A stretch of 63,635 nucleotides of DNA, counting the filler, from Licmophora abbreviata (lineage: Eukaryota), in NCBI GenBank assembly GCA_900291995.1. It is 17 parts of 17 records of this genome, joined end to end, with 100 filler letters (N's around TTAATTAATTAA, not from the genome) between each part and the next. Parts side by side here need not be neighbours in the genome. Positions count along the whole stretch, not along the records: positions 21,671 to 26,819 come from OLMU01004692.1; positions 26,920 to 28,563 come from OLMU01004693.1; positions 28,664 to 34,756 come from OLMU01004694.1; 14 more parts are not named here. The stretch is one strand, 5' to 3'. The notes below the pieces were generated by a model. The model did no database searches. It was not told the origin of the DNA and saw only the letters and a list, made by a program, of their open reading frames with translations. Below, piece after piece: positions 22,468 through 32,852 of the stretch (positions are counted from its first letter, which is position 1; each line of letters begins with the position of its first letter). The position numbers were made by a program, and so were the translations under genes.

Positions 22468-23118
22468 TTACGTGCTGCTTCCGACAGGGTCATCGGGTCG
22501 GCGTAAGGTCCAAGACTGTGTGATCGTCGTATATTCGCGGTAACCGAGCCGAGCGACCGGTGTGGCGGCACTGGTGTCGAAAATGCCGTCTTGCAGGAAC
22601 TCATCCTTAATATGTGTGTGCACCACCTCGCCGATGACAACATAGCGATCCAAGAGCACCCCATATCGATCCTTGATTTGAAACGCATCTATGGTGACGC
22701 ATTCCATGGCCGCGGGACTGGCCGCGACAAAGGGCGCCCGTATGACAACAGACTGGCCCTTTTCAAGACCTGCAAGATCGAACTCGCTGACGCCGTCCGG
22801 GACGTTTTCCGATGATATGTTCATCGCATCGACAAGATCGGCGGTCACAAGCGAGAAGGTAAATTCGCCTGTATCACGCGCGTTGATGTAGGAATGCTTT
22901 GCGCCCTCGCTTGCAAACATCACCATGTCCGGCCCGGAGCCGACACCATTGAAGAAGGAATAGGGCGCGAGATTGGCGATCCCATCGGCATTCAAAGTTG
23001 CAATCCAACCGATTGGCCTGGGGGCGACGATTGCCTTGAACGGGTTGAACGGGAGCACTTCGGGGCGATCGCTTCCATAATGCGTGGCAAGTCTGTCCTT
23101 TTTCGACTGAAGCGACAT
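22468..23118 (-). CDS. Flavin reductase-like FMN-binding protein
   Basis: PFKAIVAPRPIGWIAT, NLAPYSFFN, PFVAASPAAMEC, VIGEVV, PVARLG. Confidence 0.88.
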   Translation of the reverse strand: MSLQSKKDRLATHYGSDRPEVLPFNPFKAIVAPRPIGWIATLNADGIANLAPYSFFNGVGSGPDMVMFASEGAKHSYINARDTGEFTFSLVTADLVDAMNISSENVPDGVSEFDLAGLEKGQSVVIRAPFVAASPAAMECVTIDAFQIKDRYGVLLDRYVVIGEVVHTHIKDEFLQDGIFDTSAATPVARLGYREYTTITQSWTLRRPDDPVGSST

Positions 23119-23182
23119 GAATGTGCTTCGCTGGCGCGTGTTTGTGACCGGCCTGACGTTGGGAGGCCGGGCCGATCTGATA

Positions 23183-24690
23183 TTACCGCCGGACAAGGCT
23201 TAGAAAGCGGAGTGCGGGCTTTCTGAGCGGCATTACGATCAACAGAAATGCCAAACCGAGCATCACCGCGCTTGCCGGGCGTTCGAGAAAGACCGATGGA
23301 TCGCCGCGCGCGATGACAAGCGACCGGCGCAGGTTTTCTTCCATCATCGGACCCAAGATGAAGCCAAGCAGAACCGGCGCAGGATGAAATCCGCGGCGGA
23401 CAAGCAGATATCCAAGCACTCCGAAAACAAGTGTCACGAAGACATCAAAAATATTGTTCGAGACACTGTATGATCCAAGGCAGATGAAAAAGATCACGAC
23501 AGGGTGCAGAATGCGGGACGGCACCGTGATGATCCTGACAAGCAGGCCGATCAGGGGCAGATTCAAGAACAACAGGATGAGATTACCGATCCAGAAGCTG
23601 ACCAGCAGCCCCCAGAACATCGCCGGTTCGTTGGCGATGAACTGTGGGCCCGGAATGACGCCGTGCATGATCATGGCGCCAAGCAGGATCGCCATTACAA
23701 CGTCGCCCGGGATCCCGAGGCTCAATGTCGGGATGAAGGCCGCTTGAACGGCGGCATTGTTGGCAGCTTCGGGCGCCGCCACGCCTTCGGGTGCTCCTTT
23801 TCCAAAGCGATCCGGTCGCGGCTTGCCTTCTTCTCGGCGGCGTAGGCCATGAAGGAAGCCACCGTCGGTCCAGCACCGGGCAGAGCGCCGATCATCGAGC
23901 CGATGGACGTTCCGCGCAGAATTGGCAGCCAGAGGCGTGACAGATCCTCACGACTTGGCAACATCGATGCGAGCGACAGGTCCTGGATCATCGTTTTGGA
24001 CGCGTGCGTGGAGGGGCCGGCCATTTTCCTTACAATTTCGGCGACACCGAACAGACCCATCGCGACCGAAATCAGGCTGATCCCATCCGTCAATTCGAGA
24101 AAGCCGAAAGTATAGCGCATGGCCCCGGAATTGATATCCATGCCGACAATTCCGAGGATGAGGCCAAACACCACCATCACCAACGACTTGAGAGGCGATC
24201 CGCCCCCGATGGTGCAGGCTGCGACAAGTCCGAGCACCATGACGGCAAAGTATTCCGTGGAGTTGAACCGCAAGGCGATTTCAGCGATCGCCGGGGCGAA
24301 TGCCATTACCACGAGGATGGACAAGGTGCTGCCGCAGAAGGAGGCGACGGCGTTGATGAACAGAGCAAATCCCGCCCTGCCGGATTGGGCTAACGGATAT
24401 CCATCAAGCGCAGTCACGGCCGTCGACGCCGTGCCGGGCAAGTTCAGAAGAATGGAGGAGATGGACCCTCCGTATTGCGCACCGTAGAAAATACCGGCCA
24501 GCATGATCAGAGCGACGGTCGGATCGAGACCAAAGGTCAGCGGCAACGCAACCGAGATGGTCACCATGGGTCCAATGCCCGGAAGCGCGCCCACAAACGT
24601 TCCTATGCAGCACCCCAGAAAACAGTAAAACAGGGCCTCTGCCGTAAAGGCTGTTTGAAAACCGAGCGCGATATTCGAGAAAAGATCCAT
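23183..24690 (-). CDS. tctA: Tripartite tricarboxylate transporter large permease, 1-nt frameshift near 23813
   Basis: GALPGIGP, YGAQYGGS, GVAAPEAANNA and PTLSLGIPG. Adding one C gives RDPDRFGKGAPEGVAAP and joins the two ORFs. Confidence 0.9.
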
Positions 24691-24693
24691 TGC

Positions 24694-25155
24694 CTACATC
24701 ATCGTCCAGATTTCAGGTGCCAAAGGTTGCAGCGGAAGCCTGAGAACCACCACGAACAGCAGATATCCTACGGCCCATAGCCCCGCGATAAGTCCCACAA
24801 CCGTTGGCAGACTTACGCGTTCAGGTTCCGCAGCCACGACCAGCAGCACCATGGCCGCCGTAGCAGGAAAGAGCCCCAGAGTTTCCAGCAGACCGGCGAA
24901 CGCAGCGAGGGCGAGAGAGATAAATATCAGGCCCCGCGGATTGCGCGTATCATCCCGGTTTTCGTCCTGGCGTTCAAAAAGCAGGCCGACACCCAAAATC
25001 GCCATGATCGTCCCAAGCCCGAGCGGAAAAAATCCGGGACCGATGCGGCGCATGGTGCCGATCGAAAGTTCAAGGCCGCCATAGATGACGAAAAATCCAA
25101 ACCCTATGATCGTCAGGCAAAAAAGATCATGGGCGAAATTCCGATGACGCAACAT
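24694..25155 (-). CDS. tctB: Tripartite tricarboxylate transporter small permease
   Basis: IGTMRRIGPGFFP motif, 4-5 transmembrane helices, located between tctC and tctA. Confidence 0.88.
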   Translation of the reverse strand: MLRHRNFAHDLFCLTIIGFGFFVIYGGLELSIGTMRRIGPGFFPLGLGTIMAILGVGLLFERQDENRDDTRNPRGLIFISLALAAFAGLLETLGLFPATAAMVLLVVAAEPERVSLPTVVGLIAGLWAVGYLLFVVVLRLPLQPLAPEIWTMM

Positions 25156-25243
25156 GCAGTAAGCCTTCCGTGGCGGATCAGTGCAAGAAGCCGGGTGCGA
25201 CGCCTGGTAAGCGTCACATCCGGCAACGGTGTCAAACTGGATA

Positions 25244-26212
25244 TCAGTTTGCTTGCGCGTTGGCGGCGCTGGCTATGTCGCCCCATTTCTTCACTTCCGA
25301 CGAAATGAAGCCTTTCAGTCCTGCGAAAGGGATCTCGCCCTTCGAGATGCCGCTTTTGACGAAATGCTCGCTCACCGCATCAGATGCGAGCGCATTCGTG
25401 ACCGCCGCGTTGAGTTTTTCCGTGACATCTGCGGGCATGTCCGCGGGGCCATGCATCAGCCACCATGCGATAAGATCGAACCCTTCGTAGCTGTCATTGA
25501 TCGGCCGCACTTCGGGGGCCACTTCGGACCCCGCGGCCCCACTGACACCGAGTGCCCGGAGTTTTCCTGCATCCACGTTTTGCTTGGCGGAGACTGGATG
25601 ATTGAACATGAAGTCCACCTCGCCCGACATGACGGCGGCCAGGCCGACGGCACCCGAGCCGAATGGGACGTGGATCATGTTGGTGTCGCTGAGCGTTTTC
25701 AACAATTCGCCGGCCAGGTGAGTCGAGGTGCCGTTGCCGGTCGAAGCGAAGGTCACACCGTCCTCTGATCTGGCGGCTTCGACCAGATCATCGAGCGACT
25801 GGAAACTGGCCTCAGCACTGACCACCAGAAGGGTTGGCGTGTAGCCGACAAACGCAATCGGCGTCACGTCGCTTTCGGGGTCGTATGGCAGTTCAGGGAA
25901 AATCGACTTGTTGATCGCCAGCGTACCAACGGTGCCCATGGCAATGGTGTAGCCGTCCGAGTCGGAGGACACGACGTCCTGAGTTCCGACGCTGCCTCCG
26001 GCGCCAGCACGGTTCTCGACGACGACGGTTTGGCCCAATTCCTGCGACATGCCCTCGGCGATCAGCCGGCTTACGGTGTCCGTAGATGTCCCGGCGGCAA
26101 ATGGGACGATCATGGTTATGGGCTTGTCGGGAAAGGACTGCGCCGAAACGCTTCCCGTCAAGCCAAGCATGGCGGCAACCGATACCGCCATCATGTTGCG
26201 AATAGTTGTCAT
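25244..26212 (-). CDS. tctC: Tripartite tricarboxylate transporter substrate-binding protein (Bug family)
   Basis: Signal peptide, FPDKPITMIVPFAAGTSTD, VVVENRAGAGG, GKLRALGVS; GGGAGG ribosome binding site before ATG 26212. Confidence 0.92.
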   Translation of the reverse strand: MTTIRNMMAVSVAAMLGLTGSVSAQSFPDKPITMIVPFAAGTSTDTVSRLIAEGMSQELGQTVVVENRAGAGGSVGTQDVVSSDSDGYTIAMGTVGTLAINKSIFPELPYDPESDVTPIAFVGYTPTLLVVSAEASFQSLDDLVEAARSEDGVTFASTGNGTSTHLAGELLKTLSDTNMIHVPFGSGAVGLAAVMSGEVDFMFNHPVSAKQNVDAGKLRALGVSGAAGSEVAPEVRPINDSYEGFDLIAWWLMHGPADMPADVTEKLNAAVTNALASDAVSEHFVKSGISKGEIPFAGLKGFISSEVKKWGDIASAANAQAN

Positions 26213-26349
26213 TGTAGTTCCTCCCTCGCGCTTTTTTCTGCGCGCTCCGCAATCGGCGCACGGGTGCGTGCACCTTGTTTCGTCCTGCAGTGCGACAGGT
26301 CGCCACTGCTGCAGGTGGAATTCTACGAGCGCCCGTTCGTGAGTCAATT

Positions 26350-26398
26350 AAAATCGATATTTTTGAAAATGTATTGAGAAAGTAATTTTTATCGATAA
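26350..26398. promoter_or_regulatory. AT-rich divergent promoter with two ATCGAT-centred palindromes (candidate GntR operators)
   Basis: AAAATCGATATTTT at 26350-26363 and a perfect TTATCGATAA at 26389-26398. Confidence 0.5.
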
Positions 26399-26452
26399 TA
26401 GTCGCGACAAGTTGCAGACTGCTTTTGATCGAAGACATGCAAGCGAGGGAAG

Positions 26453-27192
26453 ATGCGCTACGCAAGGTATGAAACAGATGGACGCGTTCGGCTGGGCGCT
26501 ATTGTTGGTGCGGATATCGTTGATATCGCGAGCCTTTCTTCAAAAGCCCCGGAAAAGATGCTGGACCTCATCGGCGCGGAGCCTGACCTGCATGAGGCGC
26601 TTGGACAGCGTTTGTCCGACCCAGGTATCGAGTGCGTTTCCCTCGAAGATTGCCGGCTGCTGTCGCCGCTTCCCAATCCCGGCAAGATCATCTGTCTTGG
26701 CCTGAACTATGCGGATCGCGCCAAGGAAGGCGGGCATGCCGTCCCGGATTACCCTGCATTGTTCCTGCGCGCGTCAAGCTCGATGATCGGGCCGAAAGAT
26801 CCAATGATCCTGCCGGAATNNNNNNNNNNNNNNNNNNNNNNNNNNNNNNNNNNNNNNNNNNNNTTAATTAATTAANNNNNNNNNNNNNNNNNNNNNNNNN
26901 NNNNNNNNNNNNNNNNNNNAGCGGTTTGCGGATACAGACGCGGCTCAACGGCAAGATCATGCAGGACTCGAATACCGATCAAATGATTTTCAGCGCATTC
27001 CGGACCATCGAGATCCTGTCGCAGATCATGACCTTGGAACCCGGCGATCTGATCGCCATGGGGACACCAAGTGGGGTTGGCCATGCGCGTCGACCTCAGG
27101 TTTGGATGCGCGATGGCGACACCGTCGAGGTAGAGATTGAAGGGATCGGAAGGATCAGCAATCCTGTGGTGGCAGAGCGGATCAGAGCATGA
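26453..27192 (+). CDS. Fumarylacetoacetate hydrolase family protein, split by spacer 26820-26919
   Basis: PGKIICLGLNY, then IQTRLNGKIMQDSNTDQMIF and TLEPGDLIAMGTPSGVG. Confidence 0.9.
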
Positions 27193-27207
27193 GGACGTCC
27201 AGCTGCG

Positions 27208-27942
27208 ATGACACGCAGCCGGGTCAAAACGAAAATCGAGGGTGATATGCGATTGGATCAAAAGGTTTCGGAAAATCCCCGTGCGTTCCGCTCACGGACC
27301 AGCGAGACGCATATGCGCATCCGGGATGCCGTCATCAGCGGCAAACTGAAGCCGGGGACGAAACTCAAGATCGAACATCTTTCCCGGGAGATCGGGGTTG
27401 GGGCGACGCCTATTCGTGAAGCCTTGAGTTCCTTGGTATCCGATGGCCTTGTCGTCCGCGAGGATCAGCGCGGGTTCCGTGTGGCCGGCATCAGTGGCCG
27501 CGAGTTTGACGAGCTGCTTCATGTGAGATCCTTTGTCGAAGAACGCGCGTTGCGCCTTTCCATCGAACGCGGTGGCCCTGAATGGGAAGAGGGTATCGTC
27601 GTTGCCCTGTACAGACTGCAGTCCATAGCACCTTCGGAAACCTACGATCCGGCATGGGAGGGATGTCACCGCGAGTTTCACCTAGCGCTCAATGCAGGGT
27701 CGGGCTCAGAGACATTGCTTCGTCTGTGCAGTCAGTTCTTTGACGAAAACAGCCGCTACCGGCACCTTTCGCGATATGGCGGCACTGCCCCGCGAAGTGT
27801 AACGGACGAGCATGAAGGCATTGCCGAGGCGGCGCTGGCTCGGGATGCGGATCTGGCCGTCGAAAAGCTGATGACTCATTACAATCGCACCGGCAAGCTG
27901 TTGCGTCAGGCGTTGCAGGATACCGACGAGGCGGCTGATTGA
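27208..27942 (+). CDS. GntR/FCD transcriptional regulator (alternative start at 27247)
   Basis: IRDAVISGKLKPGTKL, GATPIREAL, QRGFRV, HREFH, DEHEGI. Confidence 0.92.
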   Translation: MTRSRVKTKIEGDMRLDQKVSENPRAFRSRTSETHMRIRDAVISGKLKPGTKLKIEHLSREIGVGATPIREALSSLVSDGLVVREDQRGFRVAGISGREFDELLHVRSFVEERALRLSIERGGPEWEEGIVVALYRLQSIAPSETYDPAWEGCHREFHLALNAGSGSETLLRLCSQFFDENSRYRHLSRYGGTAPRSVTDEHEGIAEAALARDADLAVEKLMTHYNRTGKLLRQALQDTDEAAD

Positions 27943-28563
27943 TGCCAAAGCGATTGACCCTGACCTTTGACAATGGGCCATGGCTTGGCGCGACCGAGAC
28001 GGTTCTGGCCTTTCTGGCCGAGCGCAAGTTTCTTGCGACATTCTTTATGGTGGGCGCGCGTCTTGATGATCCGAACGCGCGAGCCCTTGCCGAGCGGGCC
28101 ATGTCCGAGGGGCATTGGATCGGCAACCACACCCTTACGCATGGTGCCCCGCTTGGTGGCGTGGATGGCGCAAGCCGATTTGCGGATGAGATTGGCCTGG
28201 CACAGCAGAAGCTTGGAACGCTGGCGCATCCGCGCAAATTTTTCCGGCCGAATGGGGGAGGCGCTTTGGGAACGCATCTTTTGTGTCCTGAGGCGGTCGA
28301 ATATCTTGCACAGAATGGCTTTACCGTCGTCACCTGGACGTCGGCGCCCGGAGACTGGCAGCCGCCGCACAGGCACTGGATGGAGCGTGCGCTTGCCGAT
28401 CTTGCGCGTGACGACTGGACGGTTCTTGTGCTGCACGACCGGTTCATCGCCCCTCAGATCGACGTCCTCTCAAGGTTCTGTGATGAGGCCCGGTCCATGG
28501 GCGTGGAGTTTGTTCAGGATTTCCCCAAAAGCTGCCTGCCGATTGAGAACGGGATCGTGCGTG
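27942..28563 (+). CDS. Polysaccharide deacetylase (NodB)-like hydrolase, no signal peptide, 3' end in the spacer
   Basis: LTLTFDNGP, ATFF, GNHTLTH, FFRP and VLHD; the start overlaps the GntR stop (TGATG). Confidence 0.82.
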
Positions 28564-28663
28564 NNNNNNNNNNNNNNNNNNNNNNNNNNNNNNNNNNNNN
28601 NNNNNNNTTAATTAATTAANNNNNNNNNNNNNNNNNNNNNNNNNNNNNNNNNNNNNNNNNNNN

Positions 28664-29331
28664 TCATGGCCCGCGAGGCCGCTTTCCTGCGTCGCTGCAC
28701 CAAACGCCTGACGAAAATGACCTTGCCCGGCCCGTTCACGATGGCGATGCAGGCCTTGAACGAACACTACCCTGACGAGGAAGCGTTGGCGCTTGCCTAT
28801 GCCGATGTCTTGCGGGATGAGATCGCAGACATCTTCGCAAGCGGGATCGATATCGTTCAGCTTGATGAACCCTATATGCAGGCGGAGCCGGAATCTGCAC
28901 GGCTATTTGCCATCAAGGCCATCAACAAGGCGCTTGAAGGGGCGGCCGGGCGAACGGTGGTCCATATGTGTTTCGGCTATGCCTACATCATGGATCAGAC
29001 GAAACCTCAGGGCTATTCGTTCCTGCGCGAGCTTGACGATTGCGCGGCGGACGAGCTTTCGATCGAAGTATCGCAGCCACGGCTGGACCTGTCCCTGATC
29101 GCCGGCATGAAGAAAGGGTTTCTGATCGGGGCGCTCGACCTTGGCAGAGACACCGCCGAGACGCCGGAAGAGGTGCGAGACACATTGGTTGCGGCAGCGT
29201 CCGTGATTCCGGCTGCGAATATCGTGGCGGCACCGGATTGCGGCATGAAATACCTGACACAAGAGCTGTCACAGGCAAAACTGGCCGCGCTTGTGGAAGG
29301 CGCCGCCATGGCGCGCTCCATGTTCAGTTGA
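28664..29331 (+). CDS. MetE C-terminal-like zinc enzyme, 5' part in the spacer
   Basis: KMTLPGPFT, IVQLDEP, HMCFGY, SIE and PDCGMK; the His/Cys/Glu/Cys zinc ligands are all present. Confidence 0.85.
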
Positions 29332-29617
29332 GGTCCAGCGATCGAATACCTTGGGCGTCGCTTGTTTGAGGCATAGCCGTAGATGTGGCCTGTTGTGGTC
29401 TCCCACAGGTCTACCGGTTCGCGCTAAGCAAGCGACGCAGGAAAGCATAAACGCCACGAAAGCAAAGCCCCAAGTCGGAACCGCCACCGCACACCTCTAT
29501 CGCAATCGAGAGAACCGCCGCGCGATCCGAAGGGGCCGCCGCTCCACCCACGCCAATCGGCATATCAAGCCAAAGAGGCTCCGGTGCGAAACGCAGGACA
29601 AGTTCAGTGTCTGGTCC

Positions 29618-30732
29618 CTACCTCTGACCCACCGTTGCATTCTTGAAGAGCGCCTTATACTGGCGCGGCTGAGACCGCCAGTATTGTGGCGCGGCCTCAA
29701 TCTCCGCCCCGAGTTGCGCTGCGGCGTGCCACGGCCAGCGCGGATCATAGAGCATACCTCGCGCAAGAGCGATGGCATCAGCCTCGCCTTTCTCCAGGAT
29801 CGCTTCAGCATGCGCCGGGTCGGTGATGAGGCCTACGGCTATAGTCGGCAATCCCACGGCTTCCTTCACTCTCGCGGCGAGAGGGACCTGATAGCCGTCG
29901 GACAGCGGGATCTGCTGTTTGGGAGACACGCCGCCCGAGGAGACGTGAATTGCCGCGCAGCCGCGTTCCTTCAGACGGTGGGCCAGAGCAACTGTGTCCT
30001 CTATGTCCCAGCCACCCGGGACCCAGTCCGTTGCGGACACGCGAACCCAGACCGGGATATCGTCCGGGACCGCGGCCTTGACCGCATCGAAAACCTCCAA
30101 CGGAAAGCGCATCCGGTTTTCAAGGCTTCCGCCATAGGCATCCATGCGTTCGTTTGCGATCGGAGACAGGAACTGATGCAGCAGGTATCCGTGCGCCATA
30201 TGCAGTTCGATCCCGCGAAAACCGAGGGCCACTGCCCGGCGGGCAGACGCGGCGAAATCGTTCCGAACCTTCTCCAGACCCGCTTCGTCGAGCGCCAGAG
30301 GCACGTCCTCGCCTGATGCATGGGGCAAGGCGGAGGGGGCGACCGTTTTCAGCCACCGGGCTCATCCGGGCGGATCTGTGCGCCGCCCTCCCATGGCGTC
30401 TGGCTGGATGCCTTACGCCCGGCATGGGCAAGCTGTATGACCATGGGCGAGATCGCGTGTTTGCTGACCGCCTCCATCACGCGTTTCAGCGCGGTTTCGT
30501 TCTCGTCGGAATACAGGCCCAAATCACTTGGTGTGATCCGGCCTTCTGGTGAGACGGCCGTTGCCTCGATCACAAGAACTCCGGCTCCCGACAGGGCCAG
30601 GTTGCCCAGATGGATGATATGCCAGTCCTGAGCATTCCCGTCCACGGCGGAGTATTGACACATCGGCGCAATGACGATCCGGTTCTCAAGCTTCAGCGGC
30701 CCAAGCATCCATGGCGAGAAGAGTTTGCTCAT
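29618..30732 (-). CDS. NADH:flavin oxidoreductase (Old Yellow Enzyme, YqjM-like), 1-nt frameshift near 30350
   Basis: NRIVIAPMCQYSA, QLAHAGRKAS, HMAHGYLLHQFLSP and YGGSLENRMR. Adding one G gives GGWKTVAPSALPH. Confidence 0.9.
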
Positions 30733-30898
30733 TCGATCTATTCCTTGTCAGTCAGGGTCAGACAGCGGTCGTCACTTAAACTGCATTTCTCTGGATTGTC
30801 ACGGGGTGTGACCATTGGCCGACAGGCGCGCCATTAACCTGTTGCACGATCCCTCCCAGCTCAGCCGTCAATCCACCAATGTGATCGGTCGATCGGCT

Positions 30899-31783
30899 TT
30901 ATATTCGCGACAGTGTCCAGGTGGGAAATATCCGCGCCCGGTTGCAATAGGTGCTGGCGTCGTGACCTGAAAACAGCCCGTCCATCTCCACAAGAACGGT
31001 TTTCCACCCGCGGGCGGCCGCGCCCAGAATGTCGGTATGCAGGGTATCGCCACACATCACGATACGATCCGGTGCAATTCCGGGCAGGGAGGCTTCGATC
31101 ATGTCATAGACTTGAGAAAAAGGCTTCCCGAAGAACCGGATGTCGTCGAAGCCCTGGTCCGCAAGCAGATGCCCGAAATAGCCGGGTTCGAGGGAAAAGC
31201 CATGTTCACGCGGCGCAACAAGGTCGGCATTCGCGATGATGAGTGGCCTTGGGGTCTTGCGCAGCGATGCTTCCAGGGTTTCCTGTCTGCCCACCGACCA
31301 TGCTTCGGTCGACAGGAACAGAAACCCGTCCACCAGATCATAGCAGGCGGGATCATCCACCAAGCGGCGGGTTGGCACGGGGATGTCCGACAGATCATCC
31401 TGTGGCGCGGCGATGCAGCCCCATAGCCCGGTCTCAAGCCCTGCCAAAGCGGCATCGCGGCTCGTGACGATCTCGTCGCTTCGAACATGCATCGCCAGCT
31501 TCTGGAATTTGGTGAGCGCCCCCTCGTGATTGTAGCTTGCCGCATTGGACAGAATGCGAATCTGGTGCCCGGACTTGCGCAGATCGGCCAGACGGTCCGA
31601 GGCGCCGGGAATGGCGCTTTCCCCGATATTGAGCACCCCATAGGCATCGAAAATGAAGGCGTCCGCTTGGTCGGCGATGTCACGCAAGGAGGTGATCGTC
31701 GTCGTTCCCGAGGAAAACGCGGCAGACGGCAGGCGGTGTCGAACGGCTTCGTAGCGATCGAATATGGTGGCGACATTATCCAT
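30899..31783 (-). CDS. HAD-superfamily class IIA hydrolase
   Basis: FIFDAYGVL, LSNA, ANADL, GKP and GDTLHTDILGA. Confidence 0.9.
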   Translation of the reverse strand: MDNVATIFDRYEAVRHRLPSAAFSSGTTTITSLRDIADQADAFIFDAYGVLNIGESAIPGASDRLADLRKSGHQIRILSNAASYNHEGALTKFQKLAMHVRSDEIVTSRDAALAGLETGLWGCIAAPQDDLSDIPVPTRRLVDDPACYDLVDGFLFLSTEAWSVGRQETLEASLRKTPRPLIIANADLVAPREHGFSLEPGYFGHLLADQGFDDIRFFGKPFSQVYDMIEASLPGIAPDRIVMCGDTLHTDILGAAARGWKTVLVEMDGLFSGHDASTYCNRARIFPTWTLSRI

Positions 31784-32075
31784 ATGAGTGGCGCATCCCC
31801 TTCAAGCGTCGAAAGATCGCGACGCGACGTTTGCACGTCCCTGCCCTGACCTTTTCAAACTTACAACGCCTTCTGGAAAATAAAAGTGAAAACCACAAAA
31901 CTACATTTAATATTGTTGTTACATCCATAATGTATCCCCGAGTCGCAGGGGCAAGTGCAAAAAAATAGGGCGCATAAGATTTATGACATGTCTGGGCAAC
32001 AGCGGGGCAATCCAAAAAAATGTTGCTTTGTCGCTTTTATTCGCCAACAATCAATCAAAACGGGGGGAGTCGGTC

Positions 32076-32852
32076 ATGGCGTCGAAAAAAATCCGGCGAC
32101 GCGATTTGATACAGCAGGTCGTGCAGGAGCAGGGCGGCATGAGCGTTGGTGCGCTTGCCGAGATGTTCGGCGTGTCCATGCAAACGATCCGGCGTGACCT
32201 TGATACGCTCTGCGATGGGCAGGCCCTTCAGCGCTCGCATGGGCGCATCGAGTTGGCAGAGGGTCGGGGGAATACCCCCTTCGATCAGCGCGCGGGCACC
32301 AATCTTGTCGGCAAGCGCGCCATCGCCAGCAGTGCCGCTGCGCTGATCCCTGATGGCTCCACCCTCTTCATCTCGATCGGCTCAACGGCCCTCAGTGTCG
32401 CGCGTGCGCTGCACCGCAAGAAGGAACTGACGGTCATCACCAATAACCTGAGCGTGGCGATGGCGCTCAGCGAAGAGATATCCAACCGGATCATAGTGCC
32501 TGGTGGTGAAATTCGTCTTCCTGACCGTGATTTCGTCGGAGAGGAGGTCGTGGAGTTCTTCAGCCGTTATCGGGCCGAGTTCGCGATCTTCGGCACCGCT
32601 GGCATCGACCTTGATGGCAGGCTGCTGGAATTTCACCAGGCCGAGGTCCGTGCCACCTATCAGATGTGGCGCAACGCCCAGAAATCGATCCTCGTGATCG
32701 ACCGCAGCAAGTTCGGACGGCTTGCCCCATCCGTCGGCGGACGCCTTTCGGAGTTGGACACCATCATCTGTGATCGTCCGCCGTCGGACCAGTTTAACGA
32801 CCTGATCGAGACGCTGGACGGGCGGATCGTGTTTGCAGAGGAGGCCGAATGA
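32076..32852 (+). CDS. DeoR/GlpR family transcriptional regulator
   Basis: FGVSMQTIRRDL helix-turn-helix, TLFISIGST, VITNN, DRSKFGR. Confidence 0.92.
   Translation: MASKKIRRRDLIQQVVQEQGGMSVGALAEMFGVSMQTIRRDLDTLCDGQALQRSHGRIELAEGRGNTPFDQRAGTNLVGKRAIASSAAALIPDGSTLFISIGSTALSVARALHRKKELTVITNNLSVAMALSEEISNRIIVPGGEIRLPDRDFVGEEVVEFFSRYRAEFAIFGTAGIDLDGRLLEFHQAEVRATYQMWRNAQKSILVIDRSKFGRLAPSVGGRLSELDTIICDRPPSDQFNDLIETLDGRIVFAEEAE

Noticed and set aside
23722..23830. Programmed frameshift in tctA, and readthrough at the OYE TGA near 30350
   Set aside because: No slippery heptamer is present, the OYE halves are in different frames, and single-base homopolymer loss explains both.
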